Part shown: in pieces, positions 25,649-34,708 of the stretch
How positions within the stretch are numbered: position 1 is the stretch's first letter
Layout of the letters: the number at the start of each line of letters is the position of its first letter
From: a virus
Lineage: Duplodnaviria > Caudoviricetes
Virus record (IMG/VR): IMGVR_UViG_3300049044_000016
Location: 1-43,226 of that record
Length of the DNA stretch: 43,226 nucleotides
Reading direction: 5' to 3' (one strand)
Made by a program: the position numbers and the translations under genes
The notes under the pieces: model-generated
What the model was told of the DNA's origin: nothing
Databases searched by the model: none
Seen by the model: the letters and a program-made list of their open reading frames with translations, nothing else

Positions 25649-26422
25649 TTATTTTTTCTTTCTTCCCTTTGCAGTCTTGCATTCTTTGCATTCTCTACCA
25701 ACACCCATTCGATTAGACTTGTCTTTCCAAAACATGTCTAGCGTTAGGATACGTCCGCAGTATGAGCATATTCGTTTATCACCGTCTGACTTTTGAGATA
25801 TTCCAATGTATATTTGCGGGTCATCTTTTACAATCTGCCAATCAAGGCGCTTAACGCTGTACCAACGATCATCAACACCTAGAACTCCTTTTATTGCATC
25901 TGATACAGCATCTATTACGTTCAAAGCATCACCACGTGCGTCAGGCTTCTGCACAAAAATGTCCAACCATATTTTATCCTCGTAAAACCGCTGCTCGCCT
26001 ATTGCTTGTTTAAGTCTATATCCGATTAAATCTCTAATTGTCTTATGATCTTCTCTTAGAAAGACGTGTCCTTTTCTTGTTGTACTCCACATTGCATTTT
26101 TAGAAATGTGATAAGTGAATGGTACGGAAATTCTAACCATCCTGTCGATACCTTCGATTTCTTTGTCTGTCTCAAACGTCCACATGATTGATCTTCTTTC
26201 CGATTCGTTCAGCGCTTTACCGTTGTCCTTGTCTGCTCTGCGCTTTATGTTCCGTGCTTCTTCGGATGGTGCTTTACTTGGATCATAATTATCTCTAGCC
26301 CATTGTCTCTTTCTTTCTAAATCTCTAATCTCTGAGCACTCCGGACAATACTTCTGCGTATTAGCCCCTTTCCTTCGTGGCGTTTCTTTCCCACACTTGG
26401 TGCATATAATAGGTGCTAGCAC
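25649..26422 (-). CDS. RusA-like Holliday junction resolvase with N- and C-terminal zinc ribbons
   Basis: PDARGDALNVIDAVSDAIKGVLGVDDR; CxxC pairs at both ends. Confidence 0.65.
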   Translation of the reverse strand: MLAPIICTKCGKETPRRKGANTQKYCPECSEIRDLERKRQWARDNYDPSKAPSEEARNIKRRADKDNGKALNESERRSIMWTFETDKEIEGIDRMVRISVPFTYHISKNAMWSTTRKGHVFLREDHKTIRDLIGYRLKQAIGEQRFYEDKIWLDIFVQKPDARGDALNVIDAVSDAIKGVLGVDDRWYSVKRLDWQIVKDDPQIYIGISQKSDGDKRICSYCGRILTLDMFWKDKSNRMGVGRECKECKTAKGRKKK

Positions 26423-26575
26423 TCTCGTTCCCTCCTCTCAGCCTCTATCCGAACCTTGCTCACAACTCCCGAAAGTCTGAGCACTAACCGTTCAGCGTCT
26501 GAAAAATTACGGTGTTCCTTGTACGGCCAGCTGCCGATTTTGACTACGTACACGAGGTCATGTAGGATTCCCATG

Positions 26576-26878
26576 CTAATTCGCTCGCTTTCTCCGTCTT
26601 ATCGCCTCTAGGCTAGACGGTTCCTGTTTCTTCTTCTGCCCGCGCTTCTTCGCCTCTGTTGCCTCAGCCTGCTCCGCGCATTGCTCTACCGCGTCAGCCA
26701 TCTTGTCCATTAGGAAAGGTTGCCACATGTCCGGAGGGACGCCGTTCATTCTCATTTCCTTGATGATATGCCGCGCCATGTGGTCGAGCTGCCGCAATTT
26801 ATCGTAAAAGTGGAAGTCCCAACTATCCCATATGGCGTGCATCGTGTTTTTCTTGTTCGCCAATACGCTAGGCTTCAT
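26576..26878 (-). CDS. Hypothetical protein (100 aa)
   Basis: ORF track; operon context. Confidence 0.65.
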   Translation of the reverse strand: MKPSVLANKKNTMHAIWDSWDFHFYDKLRQLDHMARHIIKEMRMNGVPPDMWQPFLMDKMADAVEQCAEQAEATEAKKRGQKKKQEPSSLEAIRRRKRAN

Positions 26879-26971
26879 CGTCTCAGCCCCTCTATCCGAA
26901 TTTGTGCTGCTTCCAGCTGCCGCCGCATCTGTTCACGTCTTAACCGGCTTGGCTCTCGGTCTATGATCTGC

Positions 26972-27280
26972 TCAATTCGTTTGATCTTGTCGAGCATCTG
27001 ACCATCTCCAGTCTAAGCGCTCTAATTCCTCGCATAGGTTGTCGTACCGTTTGACCGCTACTGGTATCGGCCCATTCTCTTCGATGTACTGTGCGCCTTT
27101 TGTAATGCGTTCTAGCAGCGTGTTACGCATAGATTCCGTGAACTCCATAAACGCATATTCCGAATCGTCTAAGGTTTTGATGGGTATCCAGCGCAAGCGT
27201 TCATGTTCCTTCTCAGATATTTTCCCTAGTTCCTTTGCTTTCTCGATAAGTGAGATAAAATGTTCAGCAATAAACGTCAT
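26972..27280 (-). CDS. Hypothetical protein (102 aa)
   Basis: RBS AGGAG; follows the helicase. Confidence 0.7.
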   Translation of the reverse strand: MTFIAEHFISLIEKAKELGKISEKEHERLRWIPIKTLDDSEYAFMEFTESMRNTLLERITKGAQYIEENGPIPVAVKRYDNLCEELERLDWRWSDARQDQTN

Positions 27281-27283
27281 AGG

Positions 27284-28582
27284 TTAGCTCCTACAGAACG
27301 ATTCAGGTGTATTTATGCGCTGTATCTGCTTTGCGAACATTAGCTTTATATCTTTGATTCCCGTCCATCTCCCTTTTGTAACGATGAAGTCTACTGGATC
27401 AAGCCGTCCGTCACTTTTCTCCTCGTCGTTAATCAAGAAGGCAACCATATCCGCGTCTTGTTCAATCGATCCTGAATCTCGAAGGTCTGACATCGATGGA
27501 CGTTTATCGCTTCTCTTCTCAATTTCACGGTTCATCTGGGTTAGAAGCATAATCGCGCAGTCCATTTCTTTCGCTAGGTTCTTAAACGCATATGTGATTC
27601 GTCCTATCGCTGCTTGCGTATTCTCTGTTCGTCGTTCTTCTCTGTTCATAAGCAACAAGTGATCAATTACAATTAGTCCAAGTTCACCGTGCTTCCGTTT
27701 TAATCTCCGGCATTGAGATTCGATATATCCAATTGTCATAGCGGACTTATCGAATACGATTAACTTCGAGTTTTTAATATCAGTTTCTGCCTTATCGATC
27801 TTTGCATTGTCTTCTTCTGTAGTCGCATTATTGATTACCTTCCCAAATGGAACGCCGCTTAGATTCGACGCTAGTCGTTTGCTAAGTTCCATCTTAGGCA
27901 TTTCCATCGAGAAGTATGGAACGACACCAAAACCCTGTGTTGAAACTTGGTAAGCGGTTTGAAGCGCTAATGCAGTCTTACCAGCTCCTGGCCTACCCGC
28001 TATCGCGATGAATCGTTGTCTATGCAGCCCATTCATAAAATAGTCGAGAGATGGGATATTCATCTTTGGAGCTTTTACTTCCGTTTTGTTTCTAAGTTCT
28101 TTTGTCATTTCTCCCCATACTTCTTGAATCGTGTATGAATCTGATTCCGATGTATGTTCGAATCCAGTCACAATTAAGTTAGCTAAGGTCATCAGTTCTC
28201 CCAGATCCGTTATCTCCGTTCCTAACGCTTCTGCCTTTAATCGTTCAGCAACCTCGATCATTTTCCGTTTTGCCGAAAGAAACTTAACGCGAGGGATGTA
28301 TTCTCTTGCTGCATAAATGCTAATAGCTTGTGAAAAGACACGATTAAGTCCCTCTCTGCCACCAACAGCGTCTATCTCATTGTTCAACTCCATACGTGTC
28401 ATTAATGCACCTATATGCAGTTTGTTTTCGTCATGAAGCGGTTTTGCCGTTCTGTAAATTGCTCTTGCCCATTCAAAATAAAAGTCCTCTTCTTCCAGAT
28501 TCATGAATACATCATCCGAGAACCCTTCGTAACTGATCATCGTTCCGATTACGTGCGCTTCTACTTGTTCGTTAAATAACAC
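27284..28582 (-). CDS. dnaB: Replicative DNA helicase, DnaB family
   Basis: AGRPGAGKT, YFSMEM, LIVIDHL, LTQMNR, DLRDSGSIEQDAD. Confidence 0.95.
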   Translation of the reverse strand: MLFNEQVEAHVIGTMISYEGFSDDVFMNLEEEDFYFEWARAIYRTAKPLHDENKLHIGALMTRMELNNEIDAVGGREGLNRVFSQAISIYAAREYIPRVKFLSAKRKMIEVAERLKAEALGTEITDLGELMTLANLIVTGFEHTSESDSYTIQEVWGEMTKELRNKTEVKAPKMNIPSLDYFMNGLHRQRFIAIAGRPGAGKTALALQTAYQVSTQGFGVVPYFSMEMPKMELSKRLASNLSGVPFGKVINNATTEEDNAKIDKAETDIKNSKLIVFDKSAMTIGYIESQCRRLKRKHGELGLIVIDHLLLMNREERRTENTQAAIGRITYAFKNLAKEMDCAIMLLTQMNREIEKRSDKRPSMSDLRDSGSIEQDADMVAFLINDEEKSDGRLDPVDFIVTKGRWTGIKDIKLMFAKQIQRINTPESFCRS

Positions 28583-28585
28583 GTT

Positions 28586-29275
28586 CTACTCACCCCATGG
28601 CGCATATTCAATGCTGTAATCATCTGCAAGGTTCTGTCTTGCAACTTCTTGTTTCGGACCTTTCGGATATCCGCCGCGTGGATTTCTGTTTTCCCATGTA
28701 ACTAAACACGATTTCCAATTCTTAATTTGTACGTTCCCGTTTCGCTTCCATCCACTTGCTTCATAGTGAGCATGAAACAATTCAGGGTCTATCCATGTCC
28801 CTTTCTCTTTGAAATAAGATTTAACTTCATCCAACGTTGGCGGTGTAAACCGCCTATTAGTTTTATTCTTTTCATTCTTATCATTATTGATAGTTGTTAG
28901 TTGCTTGTTAGAGCTTTGTTGGTTTGCTTGTTGATTTTCTGACGGATGCTGATAAAAGTCCCATTTTACAACGGTTATAAGCCTATTTTTGTTTGTTGAT
29001 TCGTTTGTTAAAAATCGATGCTTTTCTAATTTCAACAAACAAGTGCGTATGTTTTGAATGGATACATCCTTAGCACATTTCTCTTGCAATGATTCAAGAG
29101 ATGTGACGAATTGACCAGGCTTAACTTGGTATATCTGACCTTTAAATTCCCACTCGTTATCTTGGTGACTGGCCATAAGCAATATCTGGATCATAACGTC
29201 CCGTTGCTTGCTATTTAATGACTTATACAAAGGGCTTATTTGAACTTTACGGTATAGTTTGATCCACCCTTCCAT
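28586..29275 (-). CDS. Phage replication initiator (replisome organiser)
   Basis: GWIKLYRK N-terminus, N/Q-rich linker, FTPPTLDEV...HYEASGW...NWKS C-terminal domain; upstream of the helicase. Confidence 0.85.
   Translation of the reverse strand: MEGWIKLYRKVQISPLYKSLNSKQRDVMIQILLMASHQDNEWEFKGQIYQVKPGQFVTSLESLQEKCAKDVSIQNIRTCLLKLEKHRFLTNESTNKNRLITVVKWDFYQHPSENQQANQQSSNKQLTTINNDKNEKNKTNRRFTPPTLDEVKSYFKEKGTWIDPELFHAHYEASGWKRNGNVQIKNWKSCLVTWENRNPRGGYPKGPKQEVARQNLADDYSIEYAPWGE
28860..29012. repeat. Putative replication origin iterons inside the initiator gene
   Basis: Repeated TTGTTAG/TTGTTGG/TTGTTGA next to an AT-rich tract. Confidence 0.55.
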
Positions 29276-29564
29276 AACTACACCGCCTTATTGCTATTCC
29301 TAGATGATCCATCAAATCGCATATTTCGATATACTCTTTTTCTACTTCTCGAAGATCACAACCCGACTCAAACTCTTCCATGTGGTACTTACCAATATCT
29401 GCTGCGGACATTGAATAGCTGTTTTTTTCTACAAACTCATGATAAGCAATTACTGCATATGCGTGTCTTACTTTTGCGGCTTCATACTTTCTTCCCAAGT
29501 CGAAATATTTTTGTACGATTTCATCCGCGTCTTTGCCTGTCAACTTTCCAGGTTCTAGTGCCAT
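29247..29564 (-). CDS. Hypothetical protein (105 aa)
   Basis: ORF track; operon context. Confidence 0.65.
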   Translation of the reverse strand: MALEPGKLTGKDADEIVQKYFDLGRKYEAAKVRHAYAVIAYHEFVEKNSYSMSAADIGKYHMEEFESGCDLREVEKEYIEICDLMDHLGIAIRRCSYGRVDQTIP

Positions 29565-29567
29565 TTT

Positions 29568-29672
29568 TTACGCCGCCTTCCGTTTCAAATTAATCAACAT
29601 ATCGACTACCAGCCCAAGGCCGCCGAACGTCGGGGAATTAACGTACTTGAATGTGTACATGTACTCTTTCAT
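29568..29672 (-). CDS. Small hypothetical protein, 34 aa (MKEYMYTFKYVNSPTFGGLGLVVDMLINLKRKAA)
   Basis: Tightly packed between neighbours; GGTGGTG RBS-like. Confidence 0.5.
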   Translation of the reverse strand: MKEYMYTFKYVNSPTFGGLGLVVDMLINLKRKAA

Positions 29673-29674
29673 GG

Positions 29675-29821
29675 TTACACCACCGTTTCAGAAAGTTGTT
29701 TAACAACAGCCGACATAAGCCATTCGTGCTTCGTCTTACCGGAAAGAGCCGCAGCCGATAACACCTTTCTATTAATTTCATCTGGAAGCTCTAGGCGAAA
29801 TTGTTTCTTCTTTTCGTTCAT
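29675..29821 (-). CDS. Ribbon-helix-helix (Arc/CopG-like) regulator, 48 aa
   Basis: MNEKKKQFRLELPDEINRKVLSAAALSGKTKHEWLMSAVVKQL; RBS AAGGGGTG; extended -10 TGTTACAAT. Confidence 0.7.
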   Translation of the reverse strand: MNEKKKQFRLELPDEINRKVLSAAALSGKTKHEWLMSAVVKQLSETVV

Positions 29822-29957
29822 TTGTAACACCCCTTACTTGTGTTTGTTGTGTACCCATTGTAACACACATCGGTATAAAAATATACACATCTGTACAAAA
29901 TAGCTTTAGAGTGTGTACTTGTAAACGAATCTGTATATTATAGTTTTAGGTGATAAT

Positions 29958-30179
29958 ATGAAAATTGTGTCTCATTTGCCGATGTTGATGGCAAAAAAGA
30001 AGATAAAAAACATCAATCGCTTGTCTGCCGAAACGGACGTAAGCACCCGAACACTCTACAGGTTGTACGATGGAACCAACACTCGGATTGATTACGACAC
30101 ATTGGCGAAACTCTGCAAGTTCTTCGACTGTTCAATCTGCGATCTACTAGAGTATGTCCCAGAAGAGAAGGGCGAGTAA
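29958..30179 (+). CDS. XRE/Cro-like HTH regulator (YozG-like), divergent
   Basis: LSAETDVSTRTLYRLYDG...LAKLCKFFDCSICDLLEY. Confidence 0.85.
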   Translation: MKIVSHLPMLMAKKKIKNINRLSAETDVSTRTLYRLYDGTNTRIDYDTLAKLCKFFDCSICDLLEYVPEEKGE

Positions 30180-30217
30180 TCGCCCCTCAACCCTGTACGG
30201 CTGCCGCTACGCTAAGA

Positions 30218-30595
30218 TTATTCAGTCGATTGATGGCCTGTCGGCCAATCATTCCGTTCGCACACGATTGCAAACTCTTCGGGAGTCAGTTCTACATCAA
30301 CAGCTTCATAATCAGTTTTCAGCATCTTTATCTGTTCGAGTGTTCTTAATCCACTTTCGAAGAAAAACACACGCATGTGGTTTTCAACGTCGCTCGGACT
30401 TGGTCTTTTATGGTCACTTCGGATGATAAATAGTGCATCTGTAAAAACAGTCGTATCTAGTTGCTCGTCACCCCAATCTCCGCAATCTATTCCATCACAG
30501 AGATAGCGGTTTTCTTTATTCAAAGCTTTGAAGGCTACAGCAGGAATGTTCATCGTATTTGCTCCTTTGTTTTTGAATTTGCGCGTCAGCGCCAT
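30218..30595 (-). CDS. Hypothetical protein (start likely MNIPAV)
   Basis: ORF track; RBS AAAGGAG before the internal ATG. Confidence 0.6.
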   Translation of the reverse strand: MALTRKFKNKGANTMNIPAVAFKALNKENRYLCDGIDCGDWGDEQLDTTVFTDALFIIRSDHKRPSPSDVENHMRVFFFESGLRTLEQIKMLKTDYEAVDVELTPEEFAIVCERNDWPTGHQSTE

Positions 30596-30723
30596 CGTTC
30601 CGACCGAATCCGCTCAGTGAAACGGGGGCCGCATAGTGGTTCTATCTTCCTTTTTCCATACCTTATATACCAATAATGAGCATCTATAGTGGCTATTAGT
30701 CTGCGTATCATGGGTTACCCTCC

Positions 30724-31545
30724 TTAAACGACGGCAGCTACTTCATCTTCCACGTCCCCGAAGCAACCGCAACCTCCAATGTCGTCCCAATCGAATTCGA
30801 CTTGCATTTCAACCTGTTCACGGAATTCCTTTAGGCTCAGATACTTCGTCTTACCCCGTACTGTCTGCCGTAGGAATGGCACTCGTTTACCGAGGATAGC
30901 GAATAGTTCTTCTTTCTTGAACTCGTGATAGGCGTATCGTTCTGGCATAGTCTTGAGCAAGTTGTAGAAGTGACCGACACCGGCCTTCACGCAGAATCCG
31001 CCACAGTTGTTATGTGCGAAGCCTAGATCATAGAGACGCGGGCGCTTTACACCGAACGACTCCACCCATTTGCACATCTGTTCCTTGTCCAGGTATGGCG
31101 CGTCCATCATTGGAAATTCGACGTTATACGGCGCCCAGAACGCTTTGTTCTTAACAGCCCTGTGCGCCTCGGTCCAATCGATTCCGATATACAACGTGAC
31201 ATCTTCTGGATTAAACCGTTCCTCGATCCATTTTCGCGCCATCTCGCGCTTTAGCTCTCTGCTACACGGATCGATGCGGCTATTGCCCATATAACGGTTG
31301 TCTTCGAATGTACGCCATATATCCTTGCCTGCTGATACCCATTCGAACGTACCGCCTATCAGTGTAGAACTTTCCCGCAAGAAGCGATATGCGTCTTCGT
31401 CTTCGCCTCTGTGCGGGTGCTGGTCGTTTAGCTTCTTCGTATCCGTGAAAAGCTGGATCAGGTTCTCGGTGCCGTATTTTTCAGCTACTCTCATACCTGT
31501 CGCCCAGCTGCCTATACCTGCGGAGTTGAACACTACATGTTTCAT
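30724..31545 (-). CDS. PAPS-reductase-like / PP-loop adenine nucleotide alpha hydrolase with Cys cluster
   Basis: VVFNSAGIGS, DPCSRELK, YIGIDWTE, HNNCGGFCVKAG, C-terminal GGCGCF. Confidence 0.75.
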   Translation of the reverse strand: MKHVVFNSAGIGSWATGMRVAEKYGTENLIQLFTDTKKLNDQHPHRGEDEDAYRFLRESSTLIGGTFEWVSAGKDIWRTFEDNRYMGNSRIDPCSRELKREMARKWIEERFNPEDVTLYIGIDWTEAHRAVKNKAFWAPYNVEFPMMDAPYLDKEQMCKWVESFGVKRPRLYDLGFAHNNCGGFCVKAGVGHFYNLLKTMPERYAYHEFKKEELFAILGKRVPFLRQTVRGKTKYLSLKEFREQVEMQVEFDWDDIGGCGCFGDVEDEVAAVV

Positions 31546-31564
31546 CCTGTACCCCTCCTATGGT

Positions 31565-31852
31565 CTATTCGCCTCTATCCTCGGACTCCAACCTGGCAAG
31601 TTCGCTTTCTGCATCTTTGAACTTCCATTCGCGCTCGTATTCGTATCTCGCGTTATACGCCGCCTGTAACCGCATCTGACGCTGCTTGTACTCGGTGATG
31701 AGACGGACTACGGTTTCGGGTGATTCGGTGACATAGATATAATCCTCTGCGTCAAATCGAACGGCTGTGTACACATCAACGGTCAACAGCCTTCTTATGC
31801 TTGTTGGGTCGACAAATATAGGATCGTTATTGGGCATTGTCATCTTGATCAT
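31565..31852 (-). CDS. FlbD/SwrD-like protein
   Basis: MIKMT..N.DPIFVDPTSI...YVTESPETVVRLITEYKQR pattern. Confidence 0.55.
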   Translation of the reverse strand: MIKMTMPNNDPIFVDPTSIRRLLTVDVYTAVRFDAEDYIYVTESPETVVRLITEYKQRQMRLQAAYNARYEYEREWKFKDAESELARLESEDRGE

Positions 31853-32259
31853 GACTCTGTCTCTCCTTTAAGGGCTTTGACCACTTCGTCTGCTTGTTCT
31901 CCCCACTCATCATGATCTTTGTAAGACCATAATTCATTCGGGATGTTATCTCTCATGTATTCGATTTGATCGATTGCATCGTCTATCTTTTGCTCCAACT
32001 CCGCTACCCTCTGTTCAGCGGATACGGCTCTCTCTAACCAATGGGGAAGGGCTTGTCGTGCTTCTGCTATGAATGTTGCATTTGCTTCTTCTCGTTCATC
32101 GTTCTCCACGCCGCCAGATGCGATATAAGCAATGTGACGGTTAAAGTAGGTATCATCGTAAATTGTGCGTTTACCTTCATTCTCAAAAAAGTCCCACGGC
32201 CCTTCTGTTGCTGCCGCTATAATCTCTCTGTCCTCATCTGCGTTTCTCTGCTCACTCAT
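31849..32259 (-). CDS. Ead/Ea22-like early protein (start MSEQRN)
   Basis: AATEGPW...ANATFIAEARQALPHWL motif. Confidence 0.65.
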   Translation of the reverse strand: MSEQRNADEDREIIAAATEGPWDFFENEGKRTIYDDTYFNRHIAYIASGGVENDEREEANATFIAEARQALPHWLERAVSAEQRVAELEQKIDDAIDQIEYMRDNIPNELWSYKDHDEWGEQADEVVKALKGETES

Positions 32260-32440
32260 GGGTATCTGCCTCCAATGATGGGTTTGTCGGAACTTCGAAT
32301 GTCGTCCAATGCGTGTGATAGTCGGGCCAATCTCCATCTAGCGGCGTTCCGCAATATGGAGGTTCCTCGACAGGGAATGTCCACCACAGCACTGCACCAT
32401 GATCCTCGTGCCATTCTTCGATCGTTCGTAGCTCTATCAT
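32252..32440 (-). CDS. DUF551-like small protein
   Basis: W-rich with a THW motif. Confidence 0.55.
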   Translation of the reverse strand: MIELRTIEEWHEDHGAVLWWTFPVEEPPYCGTPLDGDWPDYHTHWTTFEVPTNPSLEADTHE

Positions 32441-32799
32441 GGCGTTTCTCCTTTCATCTTTGAGAGGATGTCCCTTGCCTTTTGTCCGTCCTCAGCCCAA
32501 AACTTGCCGAGATGATTCTTTTTCCCGTACCACTCCAACACCTCTATCAAAGCTGCTTTGTCGCGTTGGAGGGATTCGACTTCCCGCGCGTGGCTATCGG
32601 CGTTTCTCTCCCATTCCAATGCGCTTTGACGGTGTTCGTCCCGTTCTCGCTGTACGGATTCGAGGTTCAGCCTGATTTCCAGCACTTTTTCGTACAATTC
32701 ACGAACCATGTCATTGCTAACGATTATTTCCTCTGATCCAGCTTCAACGGCTTCTATTGATTTCTGAGCAAGATTCAGCATTAACTCTCTAATTTCCAT
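32437..32799 (-). CDS. Hypothetical coiled-coil protein
   Basis: LIEVLEWYG...GQKARDIL pattern; overlapping starts and stops. Confidence 0.7.
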   Translation of the reverse strand: MEIRELMLNLAQKSIEAVEAGSEEIIVSNDMVRELYEKVLEIRLNLESVQRERDEHRQSALEWERNADSHAREVESLQRDKAALIEVLEWYGKKNHLGKFWAEDGQKARDILSKMKGETP

Positions 32800-33148
32800 T
32801 GTCTCTCTCCTCCATTGCGCTGATATAGGCTTTTGCTAGGGCTAGTGGGGCTGACTCTTCCTTTACTGGTGCGCAGAAATTTACATACGCTATTTTCCCG
32901 CCATCTTGAGGTAAATTTTTAATTGAATATGACATTCCTTCTGTGTCCAGCCACTCCATCACCAGTCCAGCACCTTCCCATGTTGTGGAGTAATAGGGGA
33001 TGACCTGTAGTTCGAATCCTATCTGATTCCCTGAAAGATCGTAGAGACGCAGAATGATGGAGTTGCTATCTTCGTCCAACCATTCCCATCCACTCCCCGT
33101 CAGATCGTTACCCATATACTCGTGTATGCGCCAGTCTAGTTCACGCAT
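32789..33148 (-). CDS. Phage ABA-sandwich-like protein
   Basis: RELDWRIHE...PYYSTTWEGAGLVMEWL...ESAPLALAKA. Confidence 0.6.
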   Translation of the reverse strand: MRELDWRIHEYMGNDLTGSGWEWLDEDSNSIILRLYDLSGNQIGFELQVIPYYSTTWEGAGLVMEWLDTEGMSYSIKNLPQDGGKIAYVNFCAPVKEESAPLALAKAYISAMEERDNGN

Positions 33149-33396
33149 GGCAATACCTCCAATACTTCTGGGAAGTCATCGCCAAAAATTGTAGCTTCGA
33201 TCTCGTTGCCATCTATTGAAAATTCAACATCATACATCTTCTTATAGTTGTACATTGACGAGAACCCGTAGGAGGTTATAAACCCTTCTGTGCTCTCTGG
33301 AATAGTGATCACGGATTCGTTGTCGTAAAAGTCCACCGATAAGATTTTCAATTCTTTCTTTGCCCGCACTTTAGTTCCAATTTCGTACTCTCTCAC
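33136..33396 (-). CDS. Hypothetical protein (86 aa)
   Basis: ORF track; coupled overlaps. Confidence 0.65.
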   Translation of the reverse strand: MREYEIGTKVRAKKELKILSVDFYDNESVITIPESTEGFITSYGFSSMYNYKKMYDVEFSIDGNEIEATIFGDDFPEVLEVLPCVN

Positions 33397-33740
33397 CCCT
33401 GCTCACCGTCCTTACCTTCTTTTACTCCCAATCCGTGCTTCGGACAATCTAGACTATCCCAGTTACTTTTAGCACATGTGCATGACTTCTGTTCGTCTTT
33501 ATCGTCTTTAATGCGCTGTGCCCAAGCCGCTACAGATAAGCACGATGGATAATCGAATCCCATTTCCTTTAGCTTCGTCTGTTGCACCTCATACGCCCTG
33601 TTGAGACGTTCTATCTCGGCTTGCTGCTGGTCGATACGGTATAACAATGCGCGATCTCTCCAACCCGAAACACCATCCTCGATTTCTTTGCGAACTTCCT
33701 CGACAATTGCGTTGAATGCTGCCAATCTATTAGCGTCCAT
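33393..33740 (-). CDS. Hypothetical protein with C-terminal CTC...CPKHG
   Basis: RBS AGGAGG. Confidence 0.7.
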   Translation of the reverse strand: MDANRLAAFNAIVEEVRKEIEDGVSGWRDRALLYRIDQQQAEIERLNRAYEVQQTKLKEMGFDYPSCLSVAAWAQRIKDDKDEQKSCTCAKSNWDSLDCPKHGLGVKEGKDGEQG

Positions 33741-33792
33741 CCTATCCTCCTACGGGGTAACGGTGTTGTTACCCCTTGATGTAATGTTTTAT

Positions 33793-33900
33793 TTAGTCCT
33801 GTTCGTCATCGTAAACCTGTTCTTCGCGGCAGCCTTCGCATTCTTCGTGACCGTAACTATCTTCAAACTCATCACCGCAAGAAGGACAAAGTTTCTTCAT
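33793..33900 (-). CDS. Small acidic zinc-binding protein, 35 aa (MKKLCPSCGDEFEDSYGHEECEGCREEQVYDDEQD)
   Basis: RBS GGGAGG; two CxxC motifs. Confidence 0.6.
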   Translation of the reverse strand: MKKLCPSCGDEFEDSYGHEECEGCREEQVYDDEQD

Positions 33901-33930
33901 GTGCGAGAATCCTCCCGTGTATTTCCGTAT

Positions 33931-34152
33931 TCAATATGTTGTATCGTCCTCGGCGTCATCATCATCATCATCGTCGCCTTTGATTAACCCGAGATTTTCC
34001 AAATCATAGTCATCGACGTATTTCCGCAATTCTTCTTCTGTTATCCCTGACTCTTTAAGAATTTGCTCCGAGTCACTGCCGAATCGTCTACAAAGACCCG
34101 CGGCATATGCAACACCTTGGATAAAACCAATTTTTCTATCGTCCATTCTCAT
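33931..34152 (-). CDS. Hypothetical protein with an acidic tail
   Basis: RBS AGGGAG; poly-Asp C-terminus. Confidence 0.65.
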   Translation of the reverse strand: MRMDDRKIGFIQGVAYAAGLCRRFGSDSEQILKESGITEEELRKYVDDYDLENLGLIKGDDDDDDDAEDDTTY

Positions 34153-34317
34153 GCACGCTCCCTATCACTGAATGACTTTCCCAGCCTCGTACAACGCCGC
34201 AAACAACCCGTCAAACACGTCTATCGTCTCTCTATCCCATCCTTGGGGGATTATCGGCCTCCGCTGGCGCTGAGCTTATTCGGTCGTTATCGGAGGCCGT
34301 TCGGCCAATGATTACTG

Positions 34318-34695
34318 TTAGATCACTCGATTAACTTCGCGCTCGCCTTCACCCCACACGTATGTGTATCTCCACTTACTGTTGTTGAGGCGCCTCTTTT
34401 TTAACTCGTCCTTGCACTTGACCAGGTATTTATCAAAGTTATTCATGATAATGAGCAGCGCTTTTGAGATTACAAGATCGGGGTCGTACTCGGTTGCAAT
34501 TCCTGCACCAATTAGCGCATCAGACACGCGCCAACGATCTCCGAACTGGTGAATCATGAATCGGAATCCTCGATACTCGAATGCAAATTCTGCTTCTAGC
34601 AAGTCGTAATATCCGGCTGTCTTACCGCCGTTGATAGTCTTACGAAAAATAAGTATCTGTTCCATCGTCGCAACTCCTTTGAATTTGGTTTGCAT
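34318..34695 (-). CDS. Hypothetical protein
   Basis: ORF track; RBS AAAGGAG before MEQIL. Confidence 0.65.
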   Translation of the reverse strand: MQTKFKGVATMEQILIFRKTINGGKTAGYYDLLEAEFAFEYRGFRFMIHQFGDRWRVSDALIGAGIATEYDPDLVISKALLIIMNNFDKYLVKCKDELKKRRLNNSKWRYTYVWGEGEREVNRVI

Positions 34696-34708
34696 CGTTT
34701 CGACCGAA

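Noticed and set aside
33601-33987. Hydrophobic 128-aa plus-strand ORF
   Set aside because: Hydrophobicity is the mirror of acidic minus-strand genes that have good RBSs
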